A DNA stretch of 58,014 nt from Gemmatimonadota bacterium. Its GTDB lineage: Bacteria > Gemmatimonadota > Gemmatimonadetes > Gemmatimonadales > GWC2-71-9. This document shows positions 1 through 8,995 of this stretch, piece by piece. Made by a program: the position numbers and the translations under genes. The stretch is from positions 1 through 58,014 of the forward strand of contig JBGQIW010000004.1 of assembly GCA_041498715.1 (NCBI GenBank), read 5' to 3'. Numbering within the stretch: position 1 is the stretch's first letter; every line of letters begins with the position of its first letter. The notes beneath the pieces were generated by a model. The model saw nothing but the letters and a program-made list of their open reading frames with translations. It ran no database searches and was not told where the DNA came from.

Positions 1-128
1 ACCACCCGGACGGTGTCGATACCGAAGTTCTTGGCGATCCGGACTGCGCTGGCGACGTTCACCAGGTCCTGCGGCGACACGAGCACCAGCACCGGCGCCG
101 GAGCCCCGGCGGCCGCCGTCTCGTTCAT
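1..128 (-). CDS. SpoU/TrmJ-family RNA methyltransferase, N-terminal fragment (runs off the window)
   Basis: Minus-strand ATG at 128 reads MNETAAAGAPAPVLVLVSPQDLVNVASAVRIAKNFGIDTVRV, matching SPOUT motif 1 (VLVxPxxxxNxxxxxRxxKNFG). It starts just after the pilT stop. Confidence 0.7.
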   Translation of the reverse strand, partial: MNETAAAGAPAPVLVLVSPQDLVNVASAVRIAKNFGIDTVRV

Positions 129-130
129 CG

Positions 131-1552
131 TCACGGCTCGCTCAGGAAGGCGACGTCGTGCCGCTTGGCCTTGAGGGCCTGGGCAAACCCGGTCTTCTCC
201 ACCGCCTTCATGTACGCCTCTTTCGGCTCCACAAGGCCCTGATCCACGAGCTCCAACAGCGCGTCGTTCAGCGTCACCATCCCGGTCTTCCGGTTGGTCT
301 GTATGATGGACGGGATCTGGAACGTCTTCCCCTCGCGAATCAGGTTCGATACCGCCGGAATGGTGAGCAGAATCTCCCGCGCCGCCACCCGACCGCCGCC
401 CACTTTCCGGCACAGCGTCTGAGCGATCACGCCCCGCAGCGATTCCGAGAGCATGACCCGGATCTGGGCCTGCCGGTCGGCGGGGAACTGGTCGATGATC
501 CGGTCGATGGTGGAGGCCGCCGTGGTCGTGTGCAGCGTACCGAAGACGAGGTGCCCGGTCTCTGCGGTCTCGATGGCGATGGAGACGGTCTCGAGATCCC
601 GCATCTCGCCCACCAGCACGATATCCGGGTCCTCGCGCAGCGCCGCCCGCAGCGCGTGCTTGAAGGAGCGGGTATGCAGCCCGACCTGCCGCTGCGTCAC
701 CAGACACTTCTTGCTCTGGTGTACGAACTCGATCGGATCTTCGATCGTCAGGATGTGATCCGTGCGGGTCCGGTTGATCAGATCCACCAGCGCCGCCAGC
801 GTCGTGGACTTGCCCGAGCCGGTGGGACCGGTGACCAGCACCAGACCCTTCGTCAGGTAACAGAGGTTCTGCACTTCCCGGCTCAGGCCCATCTCATCCG
901 CCGTCATCACCCGCCCTGGGATGGTACGGAAGACGGCCATCGGGCCCTTGCGGTCGCGGGCCGCGTTGCAGCGGAAGCGGGCGAGTCCATCGATCTCGTA
1001 AGCCCAGTCGGTGTCGTTGTACTCGCGGAACTCGCCCAGCTCCTTGGGCCCCATGATGCTCGTGAGCATGCCTTCGAGCCGCTCGGCGGAGACCGGCTCG
1101 CCGTCGATCCGCACCAGGTCGCCGCTGCGACGCAGGATCGGCACTTCCCCGGTCCGGAGGTGCAGGTCCGACGCCCCCGACTCGACGAGCTGATGGAACA
1201 GCGCGTCCATCGCCGAGCGGAGCTCGCGCAGCTCGGCTTCCCCGCGGCCCGCGGGCCGGGCGGTGGGAGCGGACGGCCGGAGCGTCGTCTCAGTAGGACC
1301 GCTGTTGACCTGGATCCCGCCCGAAGGCGCGCGGTACTGGAACTCGACGACCGCGCTGCCGATGCGCGGTGCTGTCTCCGGGGGAGCGATCTCCCGCACC
1401 AGGGCCGCGATCTGCGCGTCGGTCAGGGGGTCCTTGGTGAGCGGACGGGTCGTGCCGTCGCGCAGCAGCGCGGCGGGCTTCCCGACGATCAGCTGCAGCG
1501 ACTCCCCCCGCTGCTCGTGAAGCACCCGGATGAGTTGGTCGATTCGAGCCAC
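131..1552 (-). CDS. pilT: Type IV pilus retraction ATPase PilT/PilU family, with an extra N-terminal domain
   Basis: GASDLHL, Walker A GPTGSGKSTT, TIEDPIE, ALREDPDIVLVGEMRD, AETGHLVFGTLHT, and an AIRNLIRE-like AVSNLIRE. Confidence 0.9.
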   Translation of the reverse strand: MARIDQLIRVLHEQRGESLQLIVGKPAALLRDGTTRPLTKDPLTDAQIAALVREIAPPETAPRIGSAVVEFQYRAPSGGIQVNSGPTETTLRPSAPTARPAGRGEAELRELRSAMDALFHQLVESGASDLHLRTGEVPILRRSGDLVRIDGEPVSAERLEGMLTSIMGPKELGEFREYNDTDWAYEIDGLARFRCNAARDRKGPMAVFRTIPGRVMTADEMGLSREVQNLCYLTKGLVLVTGPTGSGKSTTLAALVDLINRTRTDHILTIEDPIEFVHQSKKCLVTQRQVGLHTRSFKHALRAALREDPDIVLVGEMRDLETVSIAIETAETGHLVFGTLHTTTAASTIDRIIDQFPADRQAQIRVMLSESLRGVIAQTLCRKVGGGRVAAREILLTIPAVSNLIREGKTFQIPSIIQTNRKTGMVTLNDALLELVDQGLVEPKEAYMKAVEKTGFAQALKAKRHDVAFLSEP

Positions 1553-1561
1553 GACGCCTCG

Positions 1562-2026
1562 TCAGTCCAGTGGGCGGATCGTACGCACCAGGAGCTTGTT
1601 CACGTAGTGGGTCACGTCTTCCGTCCAAAGCGCGAAAAACGCCCCGGGCCCGTTGACGTAGTCGAGCGCGCGACTACGCTCGGGCGGCATCTCGATCGCC
1701 GCCCGCCCTCCGAGCTCGCGGCCCCCGACGATCACGACGTCGAGCGCCACCAGCTTGGCGGCGGAAAACCGCTCGGGATCGGCGGGCGGAGCGTGATGGC
1801 GGCAAGTCACCACCGCGGCCTGGGCCTTGGGGATGAAGAACACGCCGCCGCCGGACCGGGTCAGGGCAAAGAACGGATCGGACCGGTTGAGCATCTCGAT
1901 GGGCGTCTCGGGACCGGGCGGATAATTGATCCGCGACAGGAGATGCAAACTGCCGTCGATGACAACGCCTTCGGCCAGCAGCACTTCGGCTGCCTCCTGG
2001 CGGATCGACCCCCAATCCTCGGTCAT
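1562..2026 (-). CDS. Hypothetical protein, probably co-transcribed with pilT
   Basis: Likely start MTEDWGSIRQ at 2026; coding-like GC3 bias; 9-nt gap to pilT. Confidence 0.6.
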   Translation of the reverse strand: MTEDWGSIRQEAAEVLLAEGVVIDGSLHLLSRINYPPGPETPIEMLNRSDPFFALTRSGGGVFFIPKAQAAVVTCRHHAPPADPERFSAAKLVALDVVIVGGRELGGRAAIEMPPERSRALDYVNGPGAFFALWTEDVTHYVNKLLVRTIRPLD

Positions 2027-2096
2027 CGGGCGCTGCGCGGGACGGCCATGTGACCGGAAACTCGTCAGGCCCCCCCGACGGGAGCAAGGGCCCGGA

Positions 2097-2999
2097 TCAG
2101 CCGCGGATCTGGACGCCGGCCTCACGCTCGATGAGTCGGATCACCTCCACGTGGTCGGCCTCCTCCCCCAGGACGGCCCGGGCGTGGCGGAACAATTCGC
2201 CCACCAGATGGAGCACCGGCGCGGCGACGCCGGTCTCATCGAGCAGGCCCAGGGCAATCCGGACATCCTTCTCCAGGAGCGCGAGCCGGAACGTCTTCGG
2301 CCATCGCCCGCTCAACACCCGATCGCCGGCCAGCCCCTCGCTAACGAACGACCGGCCACTCGACGCGTTGAGCACGTCGAGCGCCTTCCGGGGCGGCACG
2401 CCGGCCTTCACCAGTGCGGCAAAGCCTTCGCCGAACGCCTGAATGTGGGCCGCGAGGAGCATGTTGTTCACCGCCTTCATTGCGTCGCCGGCGCCCACCG
2501 GGCCCATATGCTCGATGCGGCGGCTGAACGCCTCCAGTACCAGGCGCGCCCGGGCGAACATGGCCGCGTCCGCCCCCACCATTACGGTCAGGGTACCGGC
2601 CTCGGCCCCGCTCGTACCACCGCTCACGGGGCAGTCGGCGAACGCAACGCCCCGGCCGGCTAGGCGCGCCGCGATGCGGCGGGACGTCGGGGGGTCCCCC
2701 GACGTGCAGTCGAGGAGCAGCGCGCCGGGCGCGAGGCCTGCTTCCAGCCCGTCGGGTCCGTCCAGCAGCAACTCCACTTCGGTCGAGGTCGGCAGACAGG
2801 TGACGACGACCGCCGCGCCCGCCGCGGCCTCCCGCGGGGTCGCCGCGACCCGGACGCCGTGCCGCGCCGCGAACTCCTCGGCCCGGGCGCGAGTGCGATT
2901 CCAGACGGCGAGATCCATCTTCCGGGCGAGATGCTCCGCCATGGGACGGCCGATGGCACCCAGGCCGAGGAACGCTGCCTTCGTGCTGGTGTCGGACAC
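2097..2999 (-). CDS. NAD(P)-dependent 3-hydroxyisobutyrate / 2-hydroxy-3-oxopropionate reductase family oxidoreductase
   Basis: FLGLGAIGRPMA Rossmann motif, DCPVSGG, catalytic KAVNN. GTG start 8 nt after AGGAGG. Confidence 0.85.
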   Translation of the reverse strand: MSDTSTKAAFLGLGAIGRPMAEHLARKMDLAVWNRTRARAEEFAARHGVRVAATPREAAAGAAVVVTCLPTSTEVELLLDGPDGLEAGLAPGALLLDCTSGDPPTSRRIAARLAGRGVAFADCPVSGGTSGAEAGTLTVMVGADAAMFARARLVLEAFSRRIEHMGPVGAGDAMKAVNNMLLAAHIQAFGEGFAALVKAGVPPRKALDVLNASSGRSFVSEGLAGDRVLSGRWPKTFRLALLEKDVRIALGLLDETGVAAPVLHLVGELFRHARAVLGEEADHVEVIRLIEREAGVQIRG

Positions 3000-3131
3000 T
3001 GCCACACCCTCCTCTCGCGGGACAGACCGGCCGAGCGAGCGCAAGATAGGCCCCGGCTTCGCCAGGCGTAAATCCCGGATTGACTCGCGCAGCGATGGGA
3101 CGGTACCCTGCGGGAGACGCGAGGATCCTTC

Positions 3132-4322
3132 ATGACGACCCGGATCATGCACGTGGACCTCGACGCGTTCTTCGTCGAGGTCTGCCGGCAGCACCACCCC
3201 GAGCTGCGCAACGTGGAGCTGCTGGTGGTCGGAGGCCGGCGCGACCAGCGGGGCGTGGTGCAGTCGGCGTCCTACGCGGCCCGCGCCTTCGGCATCCGGG
3301 CGGGGATGCCGATCGCCGAGGCGGTGCGCCGTTGCCCGCAGGCGACCTTCTTCCAGGGCGCATTCGCCCACTACCGCGCGGCGTCACGGGCCGTGCGCGA
3401 CGTGCTGGCGGGGTTCTCCCCGACCGTAGTGATGGCCTCGCTCGATGAAGGCTATCTCGATTTCACCGGCACCGACCGCCTGTATCCAGTCTCACTTCTT
3501 CCCGTGGCCGAGGCGCTGCGCGACGCGATCCAGCGCGACGGCGGCCTAGCCTCGAGCGTCGGCATCGGCCCCAACCGAATGGTCGCCAAGCTCGCGTCCG
3601 ACTCCGCCAAGCCGCGGGGGCTCATGGAGGTTCGGGCCGGCTGGGAGACCGGGTTTCTCGCCGGGCTCCCGCTCCGTGCGCTTCCCGGGGTGGGCCCCAA
3701 GACCGCCGAACGCTGGGCCGGCCTCGGCCTCGTGAACGTGGTGGACGTGCAGCGGATGGACCCGGCCGCACTGGAGCGGCTGATCGGGCCCGAGGCAAAG
3801 CTCCTCAAGCTGCGGGCGCAGGGATACGGGGGGACCGCGCTCCACGCCGACCAGCTGCCGCGGTCGGTGAGCCGTGAGACGACCCTGTCGCGCGACCTCC
3901 GTGATCCGGAGCGGCTCGAGCGCATCCTCGGCCAGCTGACCGCGCATGTCGCGTCGCAGCTGCGCGAGGAGCGGCTGGTGGCCCGGACCGTGACCCTCAA
4001 GCTGCGGCACGACGACTTCCGCACCGTGACCCGACGCGAGACCCTGCCCGAGCCGACCGACCTGGACGGCGAGCTCTACGCCGCGGCGCGGGTGCTGTTC
4101 CGGGGGGCGTTCGCCGAAGTACGCGGCCGCGAGCGGGCCGTGCGGCTCATCGGGATCGCTGCGAGCAATCTCGCGACGGCAAGCTCGCCGGATCTGTTCG
4201 AGTCGGAGGAGCGCGCCCGGCAGCGTCGGCTCACCCGGGCGGTGGACGCGGTGCGGGAGCGGTTCGGCTTCGAGGCGCTGGGGCAGGCGATGCTGGTGAA
4301 GAAGCAGAAGCGTGAACGGTGA
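3132..4322 (+). CDS. dinB: DNA polymerase IV (Y family)
   Basis: HVDLDAFFVEV, SASYAARAFGI, SLDEGYLD, AKLASDSAKP, little-finger RLIGI. Confidence 0.93.
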   Translation: MTTRIMHVDLDAFFVEVCRQHHPELRNVELLVVGGRRDQRGVVQSASYAARAFGIRAGMPIAEAVRRCPQATFFQGAFAHYRAASRAVRDVLAGFSPTVVMASLDEGYLDFTGTDRLYPVSLLPVAEALRDAIQRDGGLASSVGIGPNRMVAKLASDSAKPRGLMEVRAGWETGFLAGLPLRALPGVGPKTAERWAGLGLVNVVDVQRMDPAALERLIGPEAKLLKLRAQGYGGTALHADQLPRSVSRETTLSRDLRDPERLERILGQLTAHVASQLREERLVARTVTLKLRHDDFRTVTRRETLPEPTDLDGELYAAARVLFRGAFAEVRGRERAVRLIGIAASNLATASSPDLFESEERARQRRLTRAVDAVRERFGFEALGQAMLVKKQKRER

Positions 4323-4339
4323 ACGGGCTCACGCAGATC

Positions 4340-4981
4340 TTACTTGGTGAAATCCCCGTCCGTGAACCGCAACCCCACGCTCCCTCCCCGTGCCTGTGCC
4401 GCGGGGCCCAGATCGCGAAAGGTCGCCGAGCGGCCGTCGGGGTCCGTTGCCCGGACCGTCGTGTTCTGGTAGAGTCGGTAGTAGCCGAGGAACACCTGCT
4501 CCGCGCCGGGTCGAACCGCGCAGCCACAGTCACGCGCCCCCTCGAGCCCGGCGTTGACCGTGATCCGAAGCAGGCGGCCGGACCGGTTCGTGACCAGGGG
4601 CGCGAAATAGTCGCCGGCGTCGGCGCGGGGGCTCACCGCGCGGACGATGGTCCCCCGCGGCGCCGGGATCACCCACGAGCCGCGCACGACCTCTCCCATT
4701 GGCTGCCGGTTGGCCGAGAGCGGGCGGTCGAGCTCCCATTGGGCCACCAGCATGCCGCGCCCCACCCGCACGCGGACCGTGGCGCCGGGTGGCACCACCT
4801 GCGCGGCGTCGTTCACCGTCAGGTGCAGTGGACCGATCAGGCCGTTGGTGACGACGAGGATCGGCCGCACAAGCAGGGCCGCCGCGGCCGCCAGGGCCGC
4901 CACGACTGCCGCAGCGAGCAGGATCAGGCGCAGCCTCCGGCGGGCGGGAGGAGGTGGCAGTGGTGACGACGGGTCGGTCAT
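4340..4981 (-). CDS. Hypothetical membrane-anchored protein
   Basis: One hydrophobic N-terminal segment after RRRLR, then a beta-rich soluble region with a CGC motif. Confidence 0.55.
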   Translation of the reverse strand: MTDPSSPLPPPPARRRLRLILLAAAVVAALAAAAALLVRPILVVTNGLIGPLHLTVNDAAQVVPPGATVRVRVGRGMLVAQWELDRPLSANRQPMGEVVRGSWVIPAPRGTIVRAVSPRADAGDYFAPLVTNRSGRLLRITVNAGLEGARDCGCAVRPGAEQVFLGYYRLYQNTTVRATDPDGRSATFRDLGPAAQARGGSVGLRFTDGDFTK

Positions 4982-5042
4982 GAGGACGGAAGCTGGGGCC
5001 ACCCGGCCCCCGGTCAAGGCCTTTCACATCCGGAGCAGATCA

Positions 5043-5555
5043 GTGGATCCCCAGCGGCAAAGCGTCCTGCGATTCCTGGCGGAGCCGGGGCACGTGAACT
5101 TCAGCGGGAAGGTGCACGGCGGGGTGGTGATGAAGTGGGTCGATCAGGCCGGCTACACCTGCGCGGCGGGATGGAGCGGCAGCTACTGCGTGACCGTGTA
5201 CGTCGGCGGGCTCCACTTCGTCCACCCGATCCAGGTCGGCAACGTGGTGGAGGTCCGGGCCACCGTCATCCACACCGGCCGCACCAGCATGCACATCATG
5301 ATCGACATCTACGCGGGTGACCCGAAGTGCTCCGAGCGGCGGCGCTGCGGGCATTGCGTGGCGGTGTTCGTCGCGCTGGCAGACGACGGGCGGCCGCACC
5401 CGGTGCCGGCCTGGGTGCCGGCGACCGCGCACGACCGCGCCCTCGATGGCTACGCCCGGCGGTTGGTGGAGCTCCGCAAGGCGATGGAGGAAGAAATGCA
5501 CCGATCGCTCCACCTCGACCCCGATCCGACGCCCGAGACTCCCGCGGGCGTCTGA
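5043..5555 (+). CDS. Acyl-CoA thioesterase (hotdog fold, YciA-like)
   Basis: NFSGKVHGGVVMKWVDQAG, CVTVYV, TGRTSM. GTG start after GGAG. Confidence 0.88.
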   Translation: MDPQRQSVLRFLAEPGHVNFSGKVHGGVVMKWVDQAGYTCAAGWSGSYCVTVYVGGLHFVHPIQVGNVVEVRATVIHTGRTSMHIMIDIYAGDPKCSERRRCGHCVAVFVALADDGRPHPVPAWVPATAHDRALDGYARRLVELRKAMEEEMHRSLHLDPDPTPETPAGV

Positions 5556-5571
5556 CCCCCACGTCTCCCCG

Positions 5572-6789
5572 CTACTGGAAGATGTACGACGCGCCCAGCG
5601 CGAAGGTGACCTGGTCCTTGTGCAGGGTCCCGTCGGTGGCGGGGAAGACCAACAGGTTCGAGCGGTCGTAGCGGATCTCCGGCCGGATGAGCACTGCATC
5701 CCACCGCTTGATGTTCAGCGTGAACGTGCCGCTGCCGAACTTCTGCCCGGTGTTCACCGGGAAGCCCAGGACACCCGAGGTGCGAGCGCCGTCTTTGTCG
5801 TCCATGTAGTCGCCGCGGAGGGCGACGGTCAGGATCGGGCTCACGTCGACCGCCGCCCAGAGCCCCGCAGCCCACCACTTCGCCGTCTGCCCCACCGCCG
5901 GCAGGTCCTTTTCCTCCCCGTAGTCGCCCTGCAGGTTGAGCGTCGCCTTACCGACCTTCCGGGTCACCAGGAGGTCCAGCCCGTACCGGTTCCCGCTGGG
6001 CGTCACCCCGGCCACGGCGGCCTTCTCGTTGCCGAAGTACCCCACCACTCCGATCGTCGTCAGCGTGTCGGGCGTGATCCCCAACCGACCCATGAACGAC
6101 TTCTTGGAGTTGTTGTCCTGCACCACGTCCCACCCGTTGATCAGCGCCAGCTCGACGTCCACCTTCGGATCCGGCTTCGCATCCAGCCGCAGGCCCGTCA
6201 TGGTGAAGTTCTCGACGTAGATGAACTGGTTGCCCTCGGAGAGGTTGGGGTTGACCACGTCCTCGATCACCTCGAGCCCCAGCAGCGTCACGAACTTGCC
6301 GGCCTTGAACTGGACGTACTTCCCGGCGCCCGCCGGAATGTTGACCGTCGCGTAGGCCTGCTCGACGTCGCCGTTGGTCCCCAGGTTGAGCCCGGCGGAC
6401 TGGAGCACCGGCGCGTTCTGCCCGAACAGCAGATCGACGTGGGCCCCCGCGTCCCACTTGTCGGTGGCCACCGGCTTGTCCAGCGTCAGCTTCGCCGCGT
6501 TCAGCTCGATCTGATCGTGGAACCGGTCGTAGAGCCGGCCGACGATGGGACTCCCCGCGCCACCCGTGTGCCGGGTCGAGTACGTGTAAGACGTGGTCAC
6601 GTACCCGCTGAGGTTCACCTTCGACCCGGCCGGGGCCGCGGGCGCCGCCGCCTTGGCCGTGTCCGCCTTGGCGGTGTCCGCCCCCGCCTGCTTCGCCGAG
6701 TCTGCCGGAGCCTGAGCCGCGATTGGCTCGACTCCGGCGGTTACCGCTGCGAGTGCGATCAACGTGACGAACCCGCCGAACCGATGCAT
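5572..6789 (-). CDS. Outer-membrane beta-barrel porin (DUF1597/BBP2-like; this family is often found next to ammonium transporters)
   Basis: Signal peptide, GKFVTLLGLEVI, NGWDVVQDNN, PEIRYD, aromatic C-terminus (YIFQ). RBS GGAGG upstream of the ATG at 6789. Confidence 0.8.
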   Translation of the reverse strand: MHRFGGFVTLIALAAVTAGVEPIAAQAPADSAKQAGADTAKADTAKAAAPAAPAGSKVNLSGYVTTSYTYSTRHTGGAGSPIVGRLYDRFHDQIELNAAKLTLDKPVATDKWDAGAHVDLLFGQNAPVLQSAGLNLGTNGDVEQAYATVNIPAGAGKYVQFKAGKFVTLLGLEVIEDVVNPNLSEGNQFIYVENFTMTGLRLDAKPDPKVDVELALINGWDVVQDNNSKKSFMGRLGITPDTLTTIGVVGYFGNEKAAVAGVTPSGNRYGLDLLVTRKVGKATLNLQGDYGEEKDLPAVGQTAKWWAAGLWAAVDVSPILTVALRGDYMDDKDGARTSGVLGFPVNTGQKFGSGTFTLNIKRWDAVLIRPEIRYDRSNLLVFPATDGTLHKDQVTFALGASYIFQ

Positions 6790-6843
6790 GGATCTGTCCT
6801 CCAGCCTGAGGGTGAACGGCGCCGCGGGAACCTCCCTACGGCC

Positions 6844-6886
6844 ACAACGAAACCGCCCCCGCGACGGCAGCGTGCGCGAGGGCGGT
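6844..6886 (-). terminator. Terminator-like hairpin in the porin leader
   Basis: 12-bp stem ACCGCCCUCGCG/CGCGGGGGCGGU followed by UUCGUUGU (weak U tract), about 55 nt before the porin start. Confidence 0.5.
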
Positions 6887-6929
6887 GAGCACGGGGTCGG
6901 GCCAAGGCCCGGGTGACCGGGTGGACCGA

Positions 6930-7019
6930 TCACGGCGACTCCGCGCGGCTCAGCCGCAAACGCCTACGGTTTCGGGCGACCCGGGCACGCGGCTCGGGAC
7001 GCCGGACAATTCTGTTCAT
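6930..7019 (-). CDS. Putative Arg-rich leader peptide MNRIVRRPEPRARVARNRRRLRLSRAESP (29 aa)
   Basis: ATG about 27 nt downstream of a -10 box; 11 Arg codons including AGA, CGA and AGG; followed by the hairpin above. Confidence 0.45.
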   Translation of the reverse strand: MNRIVRRPEPRARVARNRRRLRLSRAESP

Positions 7020-7046
7020 AGCTACCTGGGTAGAACGGACGACCGC

Positions 7047-7075
7047 AGCTTACGGCTTGCCGCTAGTCTTGTCAA
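7047..7075 (-). promoter_or_regulatory. Sigma70 promoter for the porin leader
   Basis: TTGACA-N17-TAAGCT on the minus strand. Confidence 0.75.
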
Positions 7076-7155
7076 GGGATTCTTGCACAATCCGCACAAC
7101 TGACAATGCAATCTTGATGATTTGTTAACGATCTCATTTGAGGGAGTGCTCATAT

Positions 7156-7172
7156 TGTGCTGATCATGCACA
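7156..7172. promoter_or_regulatory. Palindromic operator candidate TGTGC-N7-GCACA
   Basis: Dyad 6 bp upstream of the amt -35, in the AT-rich spacer between divergent promoters; two GCACAA direct copies at about 7086-7098. Confidence 0.4.
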
Positions 7173-7178
7173 CTGAGC

Positions 7179-7207
7179 TTGACAGCCATCCGCCATTTAT
7201 GTATTCT
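7179..7207 (+). promoter_or_regulatory. Sigma70 promoter for amt-glnA-glnK
   Basis: TTGACA-N17-TATTCT. Confidence 0.78.
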
Positions 7208-7239
7208 CCCCTCACAGGCGACCACCCGAACCGGATTCC

Positions 7240-7338
7240 ATGGACCCTCTTGGCGGCACCCAATCCAAGGCCCGAAACGCCGGGGCGCGCGCTCTTCGGA
7301 GCGCGCGCCCGGTGTCGCCGCGCGGGAGCTTCGGGTAG
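7240..7338 (+). CDS. Putative leader peptide MDPLGGTQSKARNAGARALRSARPVSPRGSFG (32 aa)
   Basis: ATG...TAG between the promoter and the terminator; the last codons overlap a sequence complementary to the terminator 5' arm. The SD is weak. Confidence 0.4.
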   Translation: MDPLGGTQSKARNAGARALRSARPVSPRGSFG

Positions 7339-7355
7339 TCCTCCGCAGGTTGCGG

Positions 7356-7399
7356 AAGCCCCTGCGCCCGGACGGGGAGCGCAGGGGCTTTGCTTTTTT
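7356..7399 (+). terminator. Intrinsic terminator (attenuator) upstream of amt
   Basis: 12-bp stem AAGCCCCUGCGC/GCGCAGGGGCUU plus UGCUUUUUU, ending about 24 nt before the amt start. Confidence 0.8.
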
Positions 7400-7422
7400 G
7401 AACCGCTCAGCCCAGGACCGGC

Positions 7423-8934
7423 GTGAGACGCCTCACCTTGCTTACCGCCCTCCTCGCTCTCGCTACGCCGCTCACGTTGGCGGCCCAGGCGGCGCCACAC
7501 GGCGCGGCCATCGGCGTGGCCGCCACCGACCCGGCGGCCGCGAATGCCGTCGCGCTCAACCTGGCGTGGATTCTCATCGCCGCGTTCCTCGTCATGCTCG
7601 TGCAGGCCGGCTTCGCCTTGGTCGCCACCGGTTTCACCCGCGCCAAGAACGCCGGTCACACCATGACGATGAACTTCACGGCGTACGCCATCGCGATGCT
7701 GGTCTACTGGGCGGTCGGTTTCGGGCTGCAGGGCGGAGGCGTGGGCGTCCTGAGCACCCTGGGCGGCTACGACCGGCTGCACCAGGAGCTGGTGCTGACG
7801 TTGTTCGGCCGCCGGTTCGGCCTGGTGGGCACCACCGGGTTCTTCCTGGCAGGCGCGGCCTCCGCCGCGCCGATCCTCGCCTACTTCGTGCTCCAGATGG
7901 TCTTCATGACCACGGCGGTAACGATCCCGGCGGGGGCCCTCGCCGAGCGTTGGAAGTTCTCCGCCTTCGCCGTGTTCAGCGTTCCCACCGCGGCGGCGAT
8001 CTATCCGATCTACGCCAACTGGGTCTGGGGCGGGGGATGGCTCTCCCAACTGGGTGTCAACTTCGGGCTGGGGCATGGCCACGTGGACTTCGCCGGGTCG
8101 TCCGTGGTTCACATGACCGGCGGCGTCATCGCTCTGGCTTCCTGCTGGCTCCTCGGCGCGCGCCGCGGCAAGTACAACTCCGACGGCACGGCGAACGCCA
8201 TCCCCGGGCACAGCATCCCGATGGCGCTGGCCGGAACGCTGATCCTGATGTTCGGCTGGTTCGGCTTCACCGCCGGGGCCACGCTGGACGCCACCGATCT
8301 CAGAATCACCGTGATCGCCGCCAACACGATGCTCGCCAGCGCGGCCGGCTGCGTCGCGGCGATGCTGTACATGTACGCCCGCTCCGGCAAGCCCGACCCC
8401 TCGATGCTCGCCAACGGAGCGCTCGCAGGTCTGGTCGCGATCACGGCGCCCTGCGCCTTCGTCGCGGCGCCGGCCGCGGTACTGATCGGCGCCGTGGCGG
8501 GCGTGCTGGTGTGCATCTCGGTCTTCTTCGTGGAGCGCCGTCTTCGGCTCGACGACCCCGTGGGCGCGATCTCCGTCCACGGTGTGAACGGCCTGTGGGG
8601 GGTGCTGGCCCTCGGTCTCTTTGCGGACGGCACCTACGGGGCCGGCTTGAACGGCGTGCGCGGGAACGTGACCGGCCTCTTCTACGGCGACCCGGGCCAG
8701 CTCGTGGCCGAGGCGATCGGCGGGCTCACGAACCTCGTCGCGGTCGGCACGATGACCGTCCTGGCCTGGAACCTCGCGGGCCTCCTGGCCCGAGGGCACC
8801 GGGTCTCCGCCGAGGCCGAGGAGATCGGACTCGACCTGCCCGAGATCGGCGCGCTGGCCTATCCCGACACGACCGACCTGGCCGCAGCCACCGTGTTGAC
8901 TCACACCCCCGGCGCGAAGCGAGCCGCTGCATGA
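7423..8934 (+). CDS. amtB: Ammonium transporter (Amt family) with signal peptide
   Basis: [57 protein letters not shown]. Confidence 0.93.
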   Translation: MRRLTLLTALLALATPLTLAAQAAPHGAAIGVAATDPAAANAVALNLAWILIAAFLVMLVQAGFALVATGFTRAKNAGHTMTMNFTAYAIAMLVYWAVGFGLQGGGVGVLSTLGGYDRLHQELVLTLFGRRFGLVGTTGFFLAGAASAAPILAYFVLQMVFMTTAVTIPAGALAERWKFSAFAVFSVPTAAAIYPIYANWVWGGGWLSQLGVNFGLGHGHVDFAGSSVVHMTGGVIALASCWLLGARRGKYNSDGTANAIPGHSIPMALAGTLILMFGWFGFTAGATLDATDLRITVIAANTMLASAAGCVAAMLYMYARSGKPDPSMLANGALAGLVAITAPCAFVAAPAAVLIGAVAGVLVCISVFFVERRLRLDDPVGAISVHGVNGLWGVLALGLFADGTYGAGLNGVRGNVTGLFYGDPGQLVAEAIGGLTNLVAVGTMTVLAWNLAGLLARGHRVSAEAEEIGLDLPEIGALAYPDTTDLAAATVLTHTPGAKRAAA

Positions 8935-8995
8935 CGCCGGGCCCGTTCCGCCCGTTCCCGTTCACCCCTTGCGAACCGTTTTTCTTGAGGATGCG

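Noticed and set aside
3050-3131. LexA box upstream of dinB
   Set aside because: No recognisable SOS-box dyad.
7208-7400. Known glutamine (glnA) riboswitch, c-di-AMP riboswitch or T-box
   Set aside because: I could not find their conserved sequence cores by eye; a cmscan is still needed.
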